The notes: generated by a model from the sequence alone, not told the origin. 32,000 nt of DNA from Mycobacterium alsense (GCF_002086635.1 NZ_MVHD01000004.1:12259-44258), one strand, 5' to 3'; shown: positions 16,338 through 25,780, numbered from the stretch's first letter. Numbers and translations are program-made.

Positions 16338-16970
16338 GTGCAAAAGCGGCTGCGCAGGCTGGGAGTGATGGGTGGGACGTTCGACCCCATCCATTACGGT
16401 CACCTGGTTGCCGCCAGCGAGGTCGCCGACCTATTCGACCTCGACGAGGTGGTGTTCGTGCCCAGCGGGCAGCCGTGGCAGAAGGACCGCAGCGTCTCGG
16501 CCGCCGAGGACCGCTATCTCATGACGGTGATCGCCACCGCCTCCAACCCCCGCTTTTCGGTGAGCCGGGTCGACATCGACCGCGCCGGGCCCACCTACAC
16601 CCGGGACACCCTGCGCGACCTGCGCGCGCTGAACCCGGACTCCGAGCTGTACTTCATCACCGGCGCCGACGCCCTGGAGTCCATTCTGTCGTGGCAGGGC
16701 TGGGACGAGCTGTTCGCGCTGGCGCGCTTCGTCGGCGTCAGCCGGCCCGGCTACGAGCTGCGCCGCGAGCACATCACCGGAGTGCTGGGCGAGCTGACCG
16801 AGGACGCGCTGACGCTGGTCGAGATCCCGGCCCTGGCGATCTCGTCGACCGACTGCCGCCGGCGCGCCGAGCAGCACCGCCCGCTGTGGTACCTGATGCC
16901 CGACGGGGTCGTGCAGTACGTCTCCAAGCGGCGGCTCTACAGCAAGCCCGGCGGCGAGGGGTCGGCGTGA
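16338..16970 (+). CDS. nadD: Nicotinate-nucleotide adenylyltransferase
   Basis: [11 protein letters not shown] ((H/T)xGH motif) and ISSTDCR. GTG start. TAAGCT at 16324-16329 lies 8 nt upstream and is a possible -10 for a near-leaderless transcript. Confidence 0.92.
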   Translation: MQKRLRRLGVMGGTFDPIHYGHLVAASEVADLFDLDEVVFVPSGQPWQKDRSVSAAEDRYLMTVIATASNPRFSVSRVDIDRAGPTYTRDTLRDLRALNPDSELYFITGADALESILSWQGWDELFALARFVGVSRPGYELRREHITGVLGELTEDALTLVEIPALAISSTDCRRRAEQHRPLWYLMPDGVVQYVSKRRLYSKPGGEGSA

Positions 16971-17332
16971 GCGCCACCCCGGAAGCCATCGACATGGCCA
17001 CCGTCGCGGCGGGCGCGGCGGCGGCGAAGCTGGCCAGCGACGTGGTCGTCATCGACGTCTCCGGCCAGCTGGTCATCACCGACTGCTTCGTCATCGCGTC
17101 GGCGTCCAACGAGCGGCAGGTCAACGCGATCGTCGACGAGGTCGAGGAGAAGATGCGCCGGGCGGGATACCGGCCGGCGCGGCGGGAAGGCGCCCGGGAA
17201 GGGCGTTGGACGCTGCTGGATTACCGCGACATCGTCGTGCACATCCAGCATCAGGACGACCGCAATTTCTACGCCCTGGACCGACTGTGGGGTGACTGCC
17301 CGACGGTGCCGGTGGACCTGGACGCGCCATGA
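16967..17332 (+). CDS. rsfS: Ribosome silencing factor RsfS (iojap/DUF143)
   Basis: [38 protein letters not shown]...[31 protein letters not shown] 16967 overlaps the nadD stop (GTGA). ATG 16994 is the alternative start. Confidence 0.88.
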   Translation: MSATPEAIDMATVAAGAAAAKLASDVVVIDVSGQLVITDCFVIASASNERQVNAIVDEVEEKMRRAGYRPARREGAREGRWTLLDYRDIVVHIQHQDDRNFYALDRLWGDCPTVPVDLDAP

Positions 17333-18000
17333 GGATCAGACGCCTGGTGATGCTGCGCCACGGGCAGACCGACTACAACCTCGGCAGCCGGATGCAGGGG
17401 CAGCTGGACACCCAGCTCAGCGAGCTGGGCCGCGCGCAGGCCGTCGCGGCCGCCGAGGTGCTGGGCAAGCTGCAGCCGCTGTTGATCGTCTCGTCGGACC
17501 TGCGGCGCGCCTACGACACGGCGATCAAGCTGGGGGAGCGCACGGGCCTGAGGGTCTGGGTGGACGACCGGATCCGGGAGACCCACCTCGGCGACTGGCA
17601 GGGCCTGACGCACGCCCAGATCGACGCCGAGGCTCCGGGTGCCCGGCTGGCCTGGCGCGAGGACGCGACGTGGGCCCCGCACGGCGGCGAGAGCCGGGTC
17701 GACGTGGCCGCCCGCAGCCTTCCGTTGATCGCCGAATTGGTTGCCGGCGAGCCTGATTGGGGCGACCCCCACCACGCGGATCGACCGGTGGTGCTGGTCG
17801 GCCACGGCGGGCTGATCGCCGCGTTGTCCGCGGCGCTGCTGCGGCTCCCGGTCGCCAATTGGCCGATCCTGGGCGGCATGGGCAACGCCAGCTGGGTGCA
17901 ATTGTCCGGCCATTCCGACGATCGCGCCGATTTTCACGACATCCGGTGGCGCCTCGACGTGTGGAACGCCTCGGCGCAGGTGGCCAACGATGTCCTCTGA
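17329..18000 (+). CDS. gpgP: Histidine phosphatase superfamily protein; by position the glucosyl-3-phosphoglycerate phosphatase orthologue
   Basis: LRHGQTDYN (RHG motif) and [10 protein letters not shown] 17329 overlaps the rsfS stop (ATGA). The gpgP assignment rests on remembered synteny with Rv2419c. Confidence 0.8.
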   Translation: MRIRRLVMLRHGQTDYNLGSRMQGQLDTQLSELGRAQAVAAAEVLGKLQPLLIVSSDLRRAYDTAIKLGERTGLRVWVDDRIRETHLGDWQGLTHAQIDAEAPGARLAWREDATWAPHGGESRVDVAARSLPLIAELVAGEPDWGDPHHADRPVVLVGHGGLIAALSAALLRLPVANWPILGGMGNASWVQLSGHSDDRADFHDIRWRLDVWNASAQVANDVL

Positions 18001-18733
18001 CCCGGGGGCCAGGCCCACGTTGCTGGTGTTCGCCGACTCGTTGTCCTATTACGGGCCGACCGGCGGACTGCCCGCCGACGATCCGCGCATTTGGCCCAAT
18101 ATCGTTGCGGCACACCTGGGTTGGGATGTGGAGCTGATCGGCCGCATCGGCTGGACCTGCCGCGACGTGTGGTGGGCTGCGACGCAGGACCCGCGGGCGT
18201 GGGCGGCGCTGCCCCGGGCGGGTGCGGTGATCTTCGCGACCGGCGGGATGGATTCGCTGCCCTCGGTCCTACCGACCGCGCTGCGCGAGCTGATCCGCTA
18301 CGTGCGCCCGCCGTGGTTGCGCCGCTGGGCCCGCGACGGCTACGCCTGGTTGCAGCCCAGGCTCTCGCCGGTGGCCCGGTCGGCGTTGCCGCCGCACCTG
18401 AGCGCCGAATACCTCGAACAGACGCGGGGCGCAATCGATTTCAACCGGCCCGGGATCCCGATCGTGGCGTCGCTGCCCTCGGTGCACATCGCCGAGACGT
18501 ACGGCAAGGCGCACCACGGCCGCGCCGGGACGGTCGCCGCGATCACGGACTGGGCGCACGAACACGACATTCCGTTGGTGGATCTCAAAGCGGCTGTGGC
18601 CGAACAGATTATGAGTGGGCGCGGTAACCCCGACGGTATTCACTGGAATTTCGAAGCCCACCAGGCGGTCGCGGAGCTGATGCTCAAGGCGCTGGCCGAG
18701 GCCGGGATACCCCACGAGAAGCCCCGGGGGTAG
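17990..18733 (+). CDS. SGNH/GDSL-family hydrolase
   Basis: N-terminal block [12 protein letters not shown] (GDS-like Ser) and a C-terminal DGIHW (DxxH) block. It overlaps gpgP by 11 nt. Confidence 0.75.
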   Translation: MSSDPGARPTLLVFADSLSYYGPTGGLPADDPRIWPNIVAAHLGWDVELIGRIGWTCRDVWWAATQDPRAWAALPRAGAVIFATGGMDSLPSVLPTALRELIRYVRPPWLRRWARDGYAWLQPRLSPVARSALPPHLSAEYLEQTRGAIDFNRPGIPIVASLPSVHIAETYGKAHHGRAGTVAAITDWAHEHDIPLVDLKAAVAEQIMSGRGNPDGIHWNFEAHQAVAELMLKALAEAGIPHEKPRG

Positions 18734-18738
18734 CGCTC

Positions 18739-19569
18739 GTGAGTGTCGTGGTGGTGACCGATGCGTCGTCTCGCCTGCCCGCCGAGTTGCTCCAACAATG
18801 GGACATCCGGGTCGTTCCGCTGCACATCCTGCTCGACGGCCGCGACCTGCGCGACGGTGTGGACGACATCCCCGACGACATCTACAAGCAATACGCCACC
18901 ACCGCGGCGGCCACCCCGGCCGAACTGGCCAACGCCTACCAGCAGGCGCTGGCCGACAGCGGCGGCGACGGCGTTGTGGCGGTGCACCTTTCCTCGGCGC
19001 TGTCCGGCACCTTCGGCGCCGCCCAACGCACGGCGGCCGACTTGGACGCGAACGTGCGGGTGGTCGACTCGAGGTCGGCCGCGATGGGCACCGGCTTCGT
19101 CGCGCTGGCCGCCGCGCGCGCGGCGGCCGCGGGCGGCGACCTGGACGCCGTCGCCGGCGCCGCCGGCGCGGCCGTGTCGCGGGGACGTGCGTTCGCGGTG
19201 GTGCACCGGCTGGACAACCTGCGCCGCAGCGGGCGCATCGGCGGGGCCAAGGCATGGCTGGGCACCGCGCTGGCCCTCAAGCCGGTGCTGCGTATCGACG
19301 ACGGCAAACTCGTTCTGGCGCAACGGGTCCGCACGGTCACCCACGCGACCGCGGCGATGATCGACCGGGTCTGCGAGGCCGTCGGCGAAGGGCCCGCCGC
19401 CCTGGCCGTGCACCATGTCGCCAACCCGGACGGCGCGAAGGAGGTGGCGGCGACGCTCGCGGAACGGCTGCCGGGGTGCGAGCCGGCGATCATCACCCCG
19501 TTGGGGCCGGTGCTCGCGGTGCACGTCGGCGCCGGAGCGATCGTGGTGTGCCTCCAATTGGCGGACTGA
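18739..19569 (+). CDS. DegV-family fatty-acid-binding protein
   Basis: VVVVTDASSRLP, HLSSALSGTFGAA and VVDSRSAAMGTGF are typical DegV blocks. GTG start 5 nt after the upstream stop. Confidence 0.85.
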   Translation: MSVVVVTDASSRLPAELLQQWDIRVVPLHILLDGRDLRDGVDDIPDDIYKQYATTAAATPAELANAYQQALADSGGDGVVAVHLSSALSGTFGAAQRTAADLDANVRVVDSRSAAMGTGFVALAAARAAAAGGDLDAVAGAAGAAVSRGRAFAVVHRLDNLRRSGRIGGAKAWLGTALALKPVLRIDDGKLVLAQRVRTVTHATAAMIDRVCEAVGEGPAALAVHHVANPDGAKEVAATLAERLPGCEPAIITPLGPVLAVHVGAGAIVVCLQLAD

Positions 19570-19578
19570 TCTCGGATC

Positions 19579-21129
19579 TCAAAGTTGTTGGTCGAAGATC
19601 GTCGTTCCCACCGCGTCGTTGTTCCAGATATAGATCGGCAGTTGGGAGAAGGGATAATTGCCGGTATTGAAGACGTAGTAGCCGGCGCCGTACTTGGGCC
19701 CTGTCGCGGACGCCACCACGAGTGGAGTGTCGCCAACCGTGACCGTCTGTGTGTAGAGGGGCACGCCGTTGATCGTGGAGACCGTGATGGTTGTTCCCGC
19801 GGGGAGATGGTTGCCGATGTCGAGGCCCGGGACCAACGATTGGGGGATGGCCCCGCTCACCCCACCGGAGTCGATGAAAGCCCCGACGGTTTGCGGTAGT
19901 TCGTGGTTGATCTGCACCTGCACAACGGTTCTCGGGGCGCCGTCCAAAGCGACCAGGGGTGGCAGCGGATTGGGCCCGAACTCCAGCATGCCGCGGGGCA
20001 GGTTGATCAGCACGCCCTCGTTCATGTCGCCCGGCAATGCGCTCGTCACCGGGGTGGTGAACGGGTATCCGTCGTTCGGGCCCACGCCCAAATAGGCGGG
20101 TAGCGACGAAAGCGCGACGGGGTTGCCCGGGTTGCCCAGATACGCCGAGGTGGCGACGCCGACGGTGGTCGGCGTGGTCACGATGCCATTCCCGAAATTT
20201 AGTGTCGTCTGATAGGTCTGGTAGTCGACGAACAGGGTCCCTCCGTAACTGACCGAACCGCTCCCGGTGGGGCTGCCCAGGGTCGCCACATTGACGTATT
20301 GCGGCGGTACCACCAGGCCGGTGGCGCCCGAGTCGACGATGACGGGCACGCTGGGTCCGTCGCCGACGGAGATGTTCAGGATCGGATTGCCGTACTGATC
20401 CGGATGGATCAGGGTTTGGTCCACCGCAAGCTGCATGCTTATCCCCGCCGTGCCGGGCAGTCCCAGCAGGCCGCCGCGACCGCCCGGACCGCCCACCCCA
20501 CCGGGGCCGCTGGCCCCGCCCGTTCCGCCGATGCCGATGAGGCCGGCGGGGCCGCCGGGGCCCCCGGGCATGCCGCCATAAAGGCTGCCGCCGCCGGTGC
20601 CGCCGTTGCCCAGGAGGAAACCGCCGGCGCCCCCGGCGCCCCCGGCAACTCCGTAGGAGGTGCTGACGCCGCCCGTCCCGCCGTCTCCGAATAGCCAACC
20701 GCCGGGACCGCCCGGCGTTCCCACGCCCCGAGCGGTGGTGTAGCCGTTGGTGCCCGCGCCGAACAGCGGGCGCCCGGTCAGTTCCCGGACGGGCTCGTTG
20801 ATCGCGCGGGCCGGCCCGGCGGCCAGGCCCGACAACAGCTGCCCGATGCCGGCGAACTCGGTGGCCGCGTACGAATTCATGCTGGCCGCCAGGTTGCGCG
20901 TGAAGCGGTCGTACGACGCGTCCAGCTGCCCGGCCAACGCCTGATATTCGCGACCGTATTCGCCGAAGAGCGTCGCCAGCGCGGCCGACACCTCGTCGCC
21001 GCCCGCGGCCAGCAGCCCGCTGGTCGGGACCGCGGCGGTCGCGTTGGCGGCGCTGATCGTCGAGCCGATACCGGTCAGGTCGGTCACCGCCGCGGTCAGC
21101 GTCTCCGGCACCAGTTCCACGAAGGACAT
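19579..21129 (-). CDS. PE-PGRS family protein with a C-terminal pepsin-like aspartic protease domain (PecA-like architecture)
   Basis: PE domain: MSFVELVPETL...IGSTISAANATAAVPTSGLLAAGGDEVSAA...YAATE (YxxxE motif). A short Gly-rich PGRS linker follows. The C-terminal domain has two D-S-G motifs: VIVDSGATG (codons at 20326-20334) and FIDSGGVSG (19864-19872). Confidence 0.85.
   Translation of the reverse strand: MSFVELVPETLTAAVTDLTGIGSTISAANATAAVPTSGLLAAGGDEVSAALATLFGEYGREYQALAGQLDASYDRFTRNLAASMNSYAATEFAGIGQLLSGLAAGPARAINEPVRELTGRPLFGAGTNGYTTARGVGTPGGPGGWLFGDGGTGGVSTSYGVAGGAGGAGGFLLGNGGTGGGSLYGGMPGGPGGPAGLIGIGGTGGASGPGGVGGPGGRGGLLGLPGTAGISMQLAVDQTLIHPDQYGNPILNISVGDGPSVPVIVDSGATGLVVPPQYVNVATLGSPTGSGSVSYGGTLFVDYQTYQTTLNFGNGIVTTPTTVGVATSAYLGNPGNPVALSSLPAYLGVGPNDGYPFTTPVTSALPGDMNEGVLINLPRGMLEFGPNPLPPLVALDGAPRTVVQVQINHELPQTVGAFIDSGGVSGAIPQSLVPGLDIGNHLPAGTTITVSTINGVPLYTQTVTVGDTPLVVASATGPKYGAGYYVFNTGNYPFSQLPIYIWNNDAVGTTIFDQQL
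20443..20760 (-). repeat. PGRS low-complexity GGx-coding repeat region inside the PE gene
   Basis: Encodes about 105 aa of GGAGG/GGTGG/GGPGG repeats (aa about 124-229). It shows as GCC/GCCGCC-rich periodicity on the + strand. Confidence 0.8.
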
Positions 21130-21235
21130 GTCGTACCTCTCGTCGGCCGATCCATCGCGTGGTCGCGATCAATGACAGACAACCAGTACGCCACGATTAT
21201 GACGAAACAATGACCGTTTTCCTCGAAAGGGTGCG

Positions 21236-24163
21236 TCAGGCCCGGGCGCCGGCAACTGCCGGCCGCCGCGCGTTGTCGCCGCGCGGGTGGACGACCTGCG
21301 GCCACCAGAACCAGCGCCCCAGCAGGGTCGCGATCGACGGCATCAGCAGGGTGCGCACAATCAGGGTGTCCAGCAGCAGGCCGATGCAGACGGTCGATCC
21401 GAACTGCCCGAGCACGCGCAGGTCGCTACCGAGCATGGACGCCATGGTGAAGGCGAACACCAGCCCCGCCGCGGTCACCACCCCGCCGGTTCCGGCCATC
21501 GAGCGGATGATCCCCGTCTTGAGGCCGGCATGGATCTCCTCTTTGAATCGGGAGACCAGGAGCAGGTTGTAGTCGGAGCCGACCGCCAGCAGGATGATGA
21601 CCGACAGCGCCATCACGATCCAGTGGATCCTGATGCCGAACAGGTCCTGCCAGATGAGCACCGACAGCCCGAACGACGCGGCGATCGAACTGGCGGCGGT
21701 GCCGACGATGACCAGGGCGGCGACCACGCTGCGGGTCAGCAGCAGCATGATCATGAAGATCAGCGTCAGCGACGCGATCACGGCGATCATCAGGTCGTAT
21801 TTTTCGCCGTCGGCCATGTCCCGGAAGGTGGCGGCGGTCCCACCGAGATACACCCGGGCGTCCGACAGCGACGACTGCTTGAGCCCCTCTTGCGCGGCCG
21901 TGCGCTCCGCGTCCACGCGCGAAATGCCTTCCGGTGTCATGGGATCGCTTTGGTGGGTGATGAAGAACCGCGCCGACTTGCCGTCGGGTGACAAAAACAT
22001 TCGAAGGCCGGTCTGGAAGTCCGGGTTGTCGAAGGCCTCCGGCGGCAGGTAGAAGAAGTCGTCGTTCTTGGAGGCGTCGAAGCTCTGGCCCATGACGACG
22101 GCCGTATCGCTCATGGCCTCCATCTGGTTGATCATCGCCTTGAACGTCTGGTACAGCGTCAGGGTGATTCCCTTGGTGGTCTTCAGCGTGCTGATCATCG
22201 TCGGGACCAACACCATCATCTCGTGGGTGGCCGCCGCGGTGCGGTTGATGTCCGCCGCAAGTTCGTGGAATTTCCCGGCGATGTCGTCGAACCCGTCCAG
22301 CGAGTCCCAAAGGGACCGCAGTGACCAGCAGATCGGGATGTCGTAGCAGTGCCTCTCCCAATAGAAGTACGACTTGATCGGCCGCCAGAAGTCGTCGAAA
22401 TCGGCGATGTGGTCGCGCAATTGGTCGGTGATCTCCGAGGTTTCCTGCGTCGTCCGGGCGCTGTCGTCGGCCGCGCTCGACAGGTCCTTCGTGATCGCGT
22501 ACAGCCGCTCGGTGTAGTCGATCTGGACCTGCAGCTCGTCGGCCATCTTGAGGATGTCGGCGATGCGGTCCTTGAGGAACGTCATGTTCTGCATGGTCGT
22601 CTGGCTCTGCATGCTGTTCTGGAACGGTATCGAGCTGTGCTGAATCGGGATGCCCAGCGGCCTGGTGATGTCCTGGACCATGGCGATGCCCAGCGTGCGC
22701 ATCTCGTTTTTGGCCACCCGGTCCAATACCAGCATGTCGGCCGGGTTTCGCATGTCGTGGTCGGCCTCGACCATCAACATGTCGGGGTTCATCCGGGCCT
22801 GCGAGAAGTGCCGGTCCGCGGCCGCCTGCCCGAGATTGGAGGGGGCCGAGGTCGGCAGGTAGTAGCGGTCGTTGTAACTCGTCTTGTAGCTCGGCAGCGC
22901 GACCATGCCGACCAGGACCACGGCGGCGCTGACGGCCAAAACCGGTGCGGGCCAACGCACTACCGCGGTCCCGACCCGCCGCCACAGCCCGCTTCTCTTG
23001 ACCGCCCGCTTGGACTCGAAGAAATGGAAGCGACTGCCGATGAAGACCACCGCCGGTCCCAGGGTGAGTCCCGCCAGCACCACGACCAGCATGCCGATCG
23101 CCACGGGGGCGCCCATGGTGTTGAACCACGGCAGCCGGGTGAAACTCAGGCAGTAGGTCGCGCCGGCGATGGTCAGGCCCGACCCGAGCACGACCGGGGC
23201 GACTCCCCTGAATGTGGTGTAGTACGCGGTTTCTCGGTCCTCGCCGGCGCGCAGCGCCTCTTGATAGCGGCCGATGAGGAAGATCCCGTAGTCCGTGCCG
23301 GCCGCGATCGCCAGCATGGTGAGGATGTTGGCGGCGAACGTGGTGAGCCCGAATGCGTTGTGATACGCCAGAACCGCGACGACACCCCGTGAGCACGCCA
23401 GCGCGACGAACGTCATGAACAGCTGGATCAGCGTCGTGACGATGGACCGGTAGACCAGCAGCAGCATGATGGCGATCGCGCCGAGGGTGAACAGCGTGAT
23501 CTTGGCCAGGCTGGCGTTACCGATGATGTGCATGTCGTCGGACAGGGCCGCCGGACCGGTGACGTAGGCCTTCACGCCCGGTGGGGGTCGGTTGCGGTCG
23601 ATCACGTGGCGGACGGCGTCGACGGACTCGTTGGCCTGCGTCGTGCCCTGGTTGCCGGCCAGGTTGATCATGACGTAGGCGCCCTTCGCGTCGGCGCTTT
23701 GCGCCCCCGCGGCGGTGAGCCGGTCCCCCCAGAAGTCCTGGATGTGCTGGATGTGGTCGGGATCTTGACGCAGCTCGCGGATCAGCTTGTCGTAGTAGTG
23801 GTGCGCGTCCGGGCCCAGGGTCTGCTGGCCCTCCAGCACGATCATCACCGTGCTGTTGGAATCGAACTCGTGGAAGTTGTGGCCCAGGCGCATCATCGCC
23901 TTCATCGACGGCGCGTCCAGGGGTGTCATCGGCGCCGAATGCGCCTCGCCGACTTTCTCCAATGTGGGGACGATGACGTTCACCAGGACCGTCACGAACA
24001 CCCAGGCCACGATGATCGGCACCGCGAAGATGCGGATCGCGTGCGGCAGGTACGGCCGGTGGCCTCGCTCGGCCTTGGACAGGCCCCGGGTGGTGATCGG
24101 GGCGGTGTCCGCGGCCTCGTCGGCGCGCCTGGCGTCGGAGTCGGTCTTGTCGATGTCGGTCAT
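21236..24163 (-). CDS. mmpL: MmpL-family RND transporter (975 aa) paired with MmpS
   Basis: ATG 24163 overlaps the mmpS stop (ATGA). It has twelve-TM RND topology, with AAGTDYGIFL and AVGSDYNLLLVSR proton-relay-type motifs. A long periplasmic coiled-coil insertion lies at about 22094-22621. The track start at 24328 is an upstream extension. Confidence 0.92.
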   Translation of the reverse strand: MTDIDKTDSDARRADEAADTAPITTRGLSKAERGHRPYLPHAIRIFAVPIIVAWVFVTVLVNVIVPTLEKVGEAHSAPMTPLDAPSMKAMMRLGHNFHEFDSNSTVMIVLEGQQTLGPDAHHYYDKLIRELRQDPDHIQHIQDFWGDRLTAAGAQSADAKGAYVMINLAGNQGTTQANESVDAVRHVIDRNRPPPGVKAYVTGPAALSDDMHIIGNASLAKITLFTLGAIAIMLLLVYRSIVTTLIQLFMTFVALACSRGVVAVLAYHNAFGLTTFAANILTMLAIAAGTDYGIFLIGRYQEALRAGEDRETAYYTTFRGVAPVVLGSGLTIAGATYCLSFTRLPWFNTMGAPVAIGMLVVVLAGLTLGPAVVFIGSRFHFFESKRAVKRSGLWRRVGTAVVRWPAPVLAVSAAVVLVGMVALPSYKTSYNDRYYLPTSAPSNLGQAAADRHFSQARMNPDMLMVEADHDMRNPADMLVLDRVAKNEMRTLGIAMVQDITRPLGIPIQHSSIPFQNSMQSQTTMQNMTFLKDRIADILKMADELQVQIDYTERLYAITKDLSSAADDSARTTQETSEITDQLRDHIADFDDFWRPIKSYFYWERHCYDIPICWSLRSLWDSLDGFDDIAGKFHELAADINRTAAATHEMMVLVPTMISTLKTTKGITLTLYQTFKAMINQMEAMSDTAVVMGQSFDASKNDDFFYLPPEAFDNPDFQTGLRMFLSPDGKSARFFITHQSDPMTPEGISRVDAERTAAQEGLKQSSLSDARVYLGGTAATFRDMADGEKYDLMIAVIASLTLIFMIMLLLTRSVVAALVIVGTAASSIAASFGLSVLIWQDLFGIRIHWIVMALSVIILLAVGSDYNLLLVSRFKEEIHAGLKTGIIRSMAGTGGVVTAAGLVFAFTMASMLGSDLRVLGQFGSTVCIGLLLDTLIVRTLLMPSIATLLGRWFWWPQVVHPRGDNARRPAVAGARA

Positions 24164-24612
24164 GCGGACTTCACCAGGCAGAAGGTCTGGGCGTTGTGGC
24201 CATCGGAGTTCTGTTCGTCGCGGACCACGCCGTCCACGGTGATCTTGCAGGTGATCCGGCTGCCGTCGCTTTGGGCCATGATGTTGGCGCTCACCGACGG
24301 CAGGGTGGTCGAGATCGTGGTCGACCACGGCAGCGCGGCGTTGTTGATCTGATGCGTGTTGGCGTTCTCGTCCCAGTAGTTGATGTTGGCGGTGGCCCCC
24401 GGCGGGCCGGAGATCTCGTAGACGACGACCTTCGGGTTGAACTGCACGATCTCGATCCCCTTGCCGGCGTTCGCGTTGAGGTCCTGCGATCCGAAGATCT
24501 TGTGCAGCCGCGACACCACCAATGCCGAGACCGCCAGGACGACCACCAGCACCAGGGGTATCCAGGCTCGCTTGACGACGCGGGTCACGGCGCCGGCATC
24601 TGGTTTAGCCAC
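24160..24612 (-). CDS. mmpS: MmpS-family membrane protein
   Basis: 150 aa with a single N-terminal TM helix (WIPLVLVVVLAVSALVV), then VVYEISGPPGATANINYWDENAN...ITCKITVDG...QTFCLVKSA. GTG start preceded by GGAGGG. Confidence 0.92.
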   Translation of the reverse strand: MAKPDAGAVTRVVKRAWIPLVLVVVLAVSALVVSRLHKIFGSQDLNANAGKGIEIVQFNPKVVVYEISGPPGATANINYWDENANTHQINNAALPWSTTISTTLPSVSANIMAQSDGSRITCKITVDGVVRDEQNSDGHNAQTFCLVKSA

Positions 24613-24727
24613 CTGACCGCCCTCCGCTCGCCGCTGTGGGAACCCCGCCGTCTTACCGACAGAACCTTTGCTCGGCTAAGCATCGTAGACCTTAAGGCAC
24701 GAAGCCGTTCCTCCGGGGGGCGCGCCG

Positions 24728-25780
24728 CTAGCGCGCGACCCGGCCGGTGACCGGCGGCAAATCGGCAAGCGTCACGATGCCGGGCCGGGCGGCCACCACG
24801 GCCGGGACCGCATTGGTCACCGGCATCGCGGTGTAGATCATTCCCAGCCCCATGAACCCGGGCTCGGTCCAATCCTTCGGCGGCAGGCAGTGCAGGACCG
24901 TGCGCATGTTGGGCAGCCCGAACACCTGAATGACGTGCCCGTGCTCGAGGGGCTTGGGCGGGACCACGTGACCGCCCATCGTCCAGTTGAATCCGACGCT
25001 GACGACGTTGCGGTCGCCTTCCCAGCCGCGGTGGTAGCCATGGACGCCGGCGACGGTTCCCGCGGGAATCTTCATGAAGCCCAGGTCGGAATCGGCGGTG
25101 GCCGCGGTGAAGGTGACGTCGAAGGTCATCCTGTCCAGCTCGGCCCCGATCGCGTCGGCCATCATCGCCGCCGACTCGGCGAACACCTCGCTTTCGATAC
25201 GCACGCTCTCGGCCAGGCCCGGCGTGTCGGGGTCCTGCGAGAACCCCATCGCCGTCTGGGTTTCCGCCGACTCGTAGGTCGAGCAGTCCACCGACTCGGT
25301 GATCCGGATCTCGTCGACACGCTCGCAGGAGGCGGACAGCACCATGCCGATCATGTTCGTCATCCCGGGATGCGCGCCGCTGCCGAAGATCGTGGATCCG
25401 CCCCGCCGGCAGGCATCCTCGATGCGCTTGCGGTCCTCACGCGTCTGCTTGCCGCCGGTGATCCAGGCGGCGCTGGTGCACACGTTGACACCGGACTCCA
25501 GCAGCCGCACGAGCTCGTCGACGTTGGGCCACAACGGGTTATAGCAGCACGCGTCCGGCCGCAACGCCAGCAGCGCGTCGACGTCGTCGGTGGCCTTGAT
25601 GCCCGTGGGCGTGGGCCAGCCGGAGAGCTCGGCGGCGTCCACACCCACCTTGTCCTGGCCGTGGGCGTAGACGCCGACGAGCTCCATGTCCGGCCTGCCG
25701 ATGATGGCGTGCAGCGATCGCCGCCCGATGTTTCCGGTCGTCCACTGGATCACACGAAACGGGCGGTCTGCGCTGCTCAT
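24728..25780 (-). CDS. DapB-N-like NAD(P)-binding oxidoreductase (family annotated as dihydrodipicolinate reductase-like / NAD(P)H-dependent amine dehydrogenase)
   Basis: N-terminal Rossmann segment RVIQWTTGNIGRRSLHAII. ATG 25780 is preceded by GAAGGAG with a 5-nt spacer. A CATAAT -10-like hexamer lies on the minus strand at 25810-25815. Confidence 0.7.
   Translation of the reverse strand: MSSADRPFRVIQWTTGNIGRRSLHAIIGRPDMELVGVYAHGQDKVGVDAAELSGWPTPTGIKATDDVDALLALRPDACCYNPLWPNVDELVRLLESGVNVCTSAAWITGGKQTREDRKRIEDACRRGGSTIFGSGAHPGMTNMIGMVLSASCERVDEIRITESVDCSTYESAETQTAMGFSQDPDTPGLAESVRIESEVFAESAAMMADAIGAELDRMTFDVTFTAATADSDLGFMKIPAGTVAGVHGYHRGWEGDRNVVSVGFNWTMGGHVVPPKPLEHGHVIQVFGLPNMRTVLHCLPPKDWTEPGFMGLGMIYTAMPVTNAVPAVVAARPGIVTLADLPPVTGRVAR

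Noticed and set aside
16241-16966. Upstream 242 codons of the 363-aa ORF 16241-17332, overlapping nadD
   Set aside because: Only the last about 121 codons match RsfS. The upstream part is R/P/A-rich and overlaps nadD out of frame, and a GTGA-coupled start exists at 16967.
20443-20760. Periodic GC-rich repeats that could be mistaken for a tandem repeat or CRISPR-like array
   Set aside because: The periodicity is codon-level GGx repetition inside an intact PE-PGRS reading frame. There are no spacer/repeat units and no cas genes.
21236-24612. Apparent lower GC in mmpS/mmpL, suggesting horizontal acquisition
   Set aside because: Hand counts of single 60-nt lines gave 33/60 (22561-22620), 38/60 (22021-22080) and 37/60 (24301-24360). 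A line in the other MmpL gave a similar 36/60 (29221-29280). This looks like a property of membrane-protein coding sequence, and I cannot compute a proper windowed GC profile.
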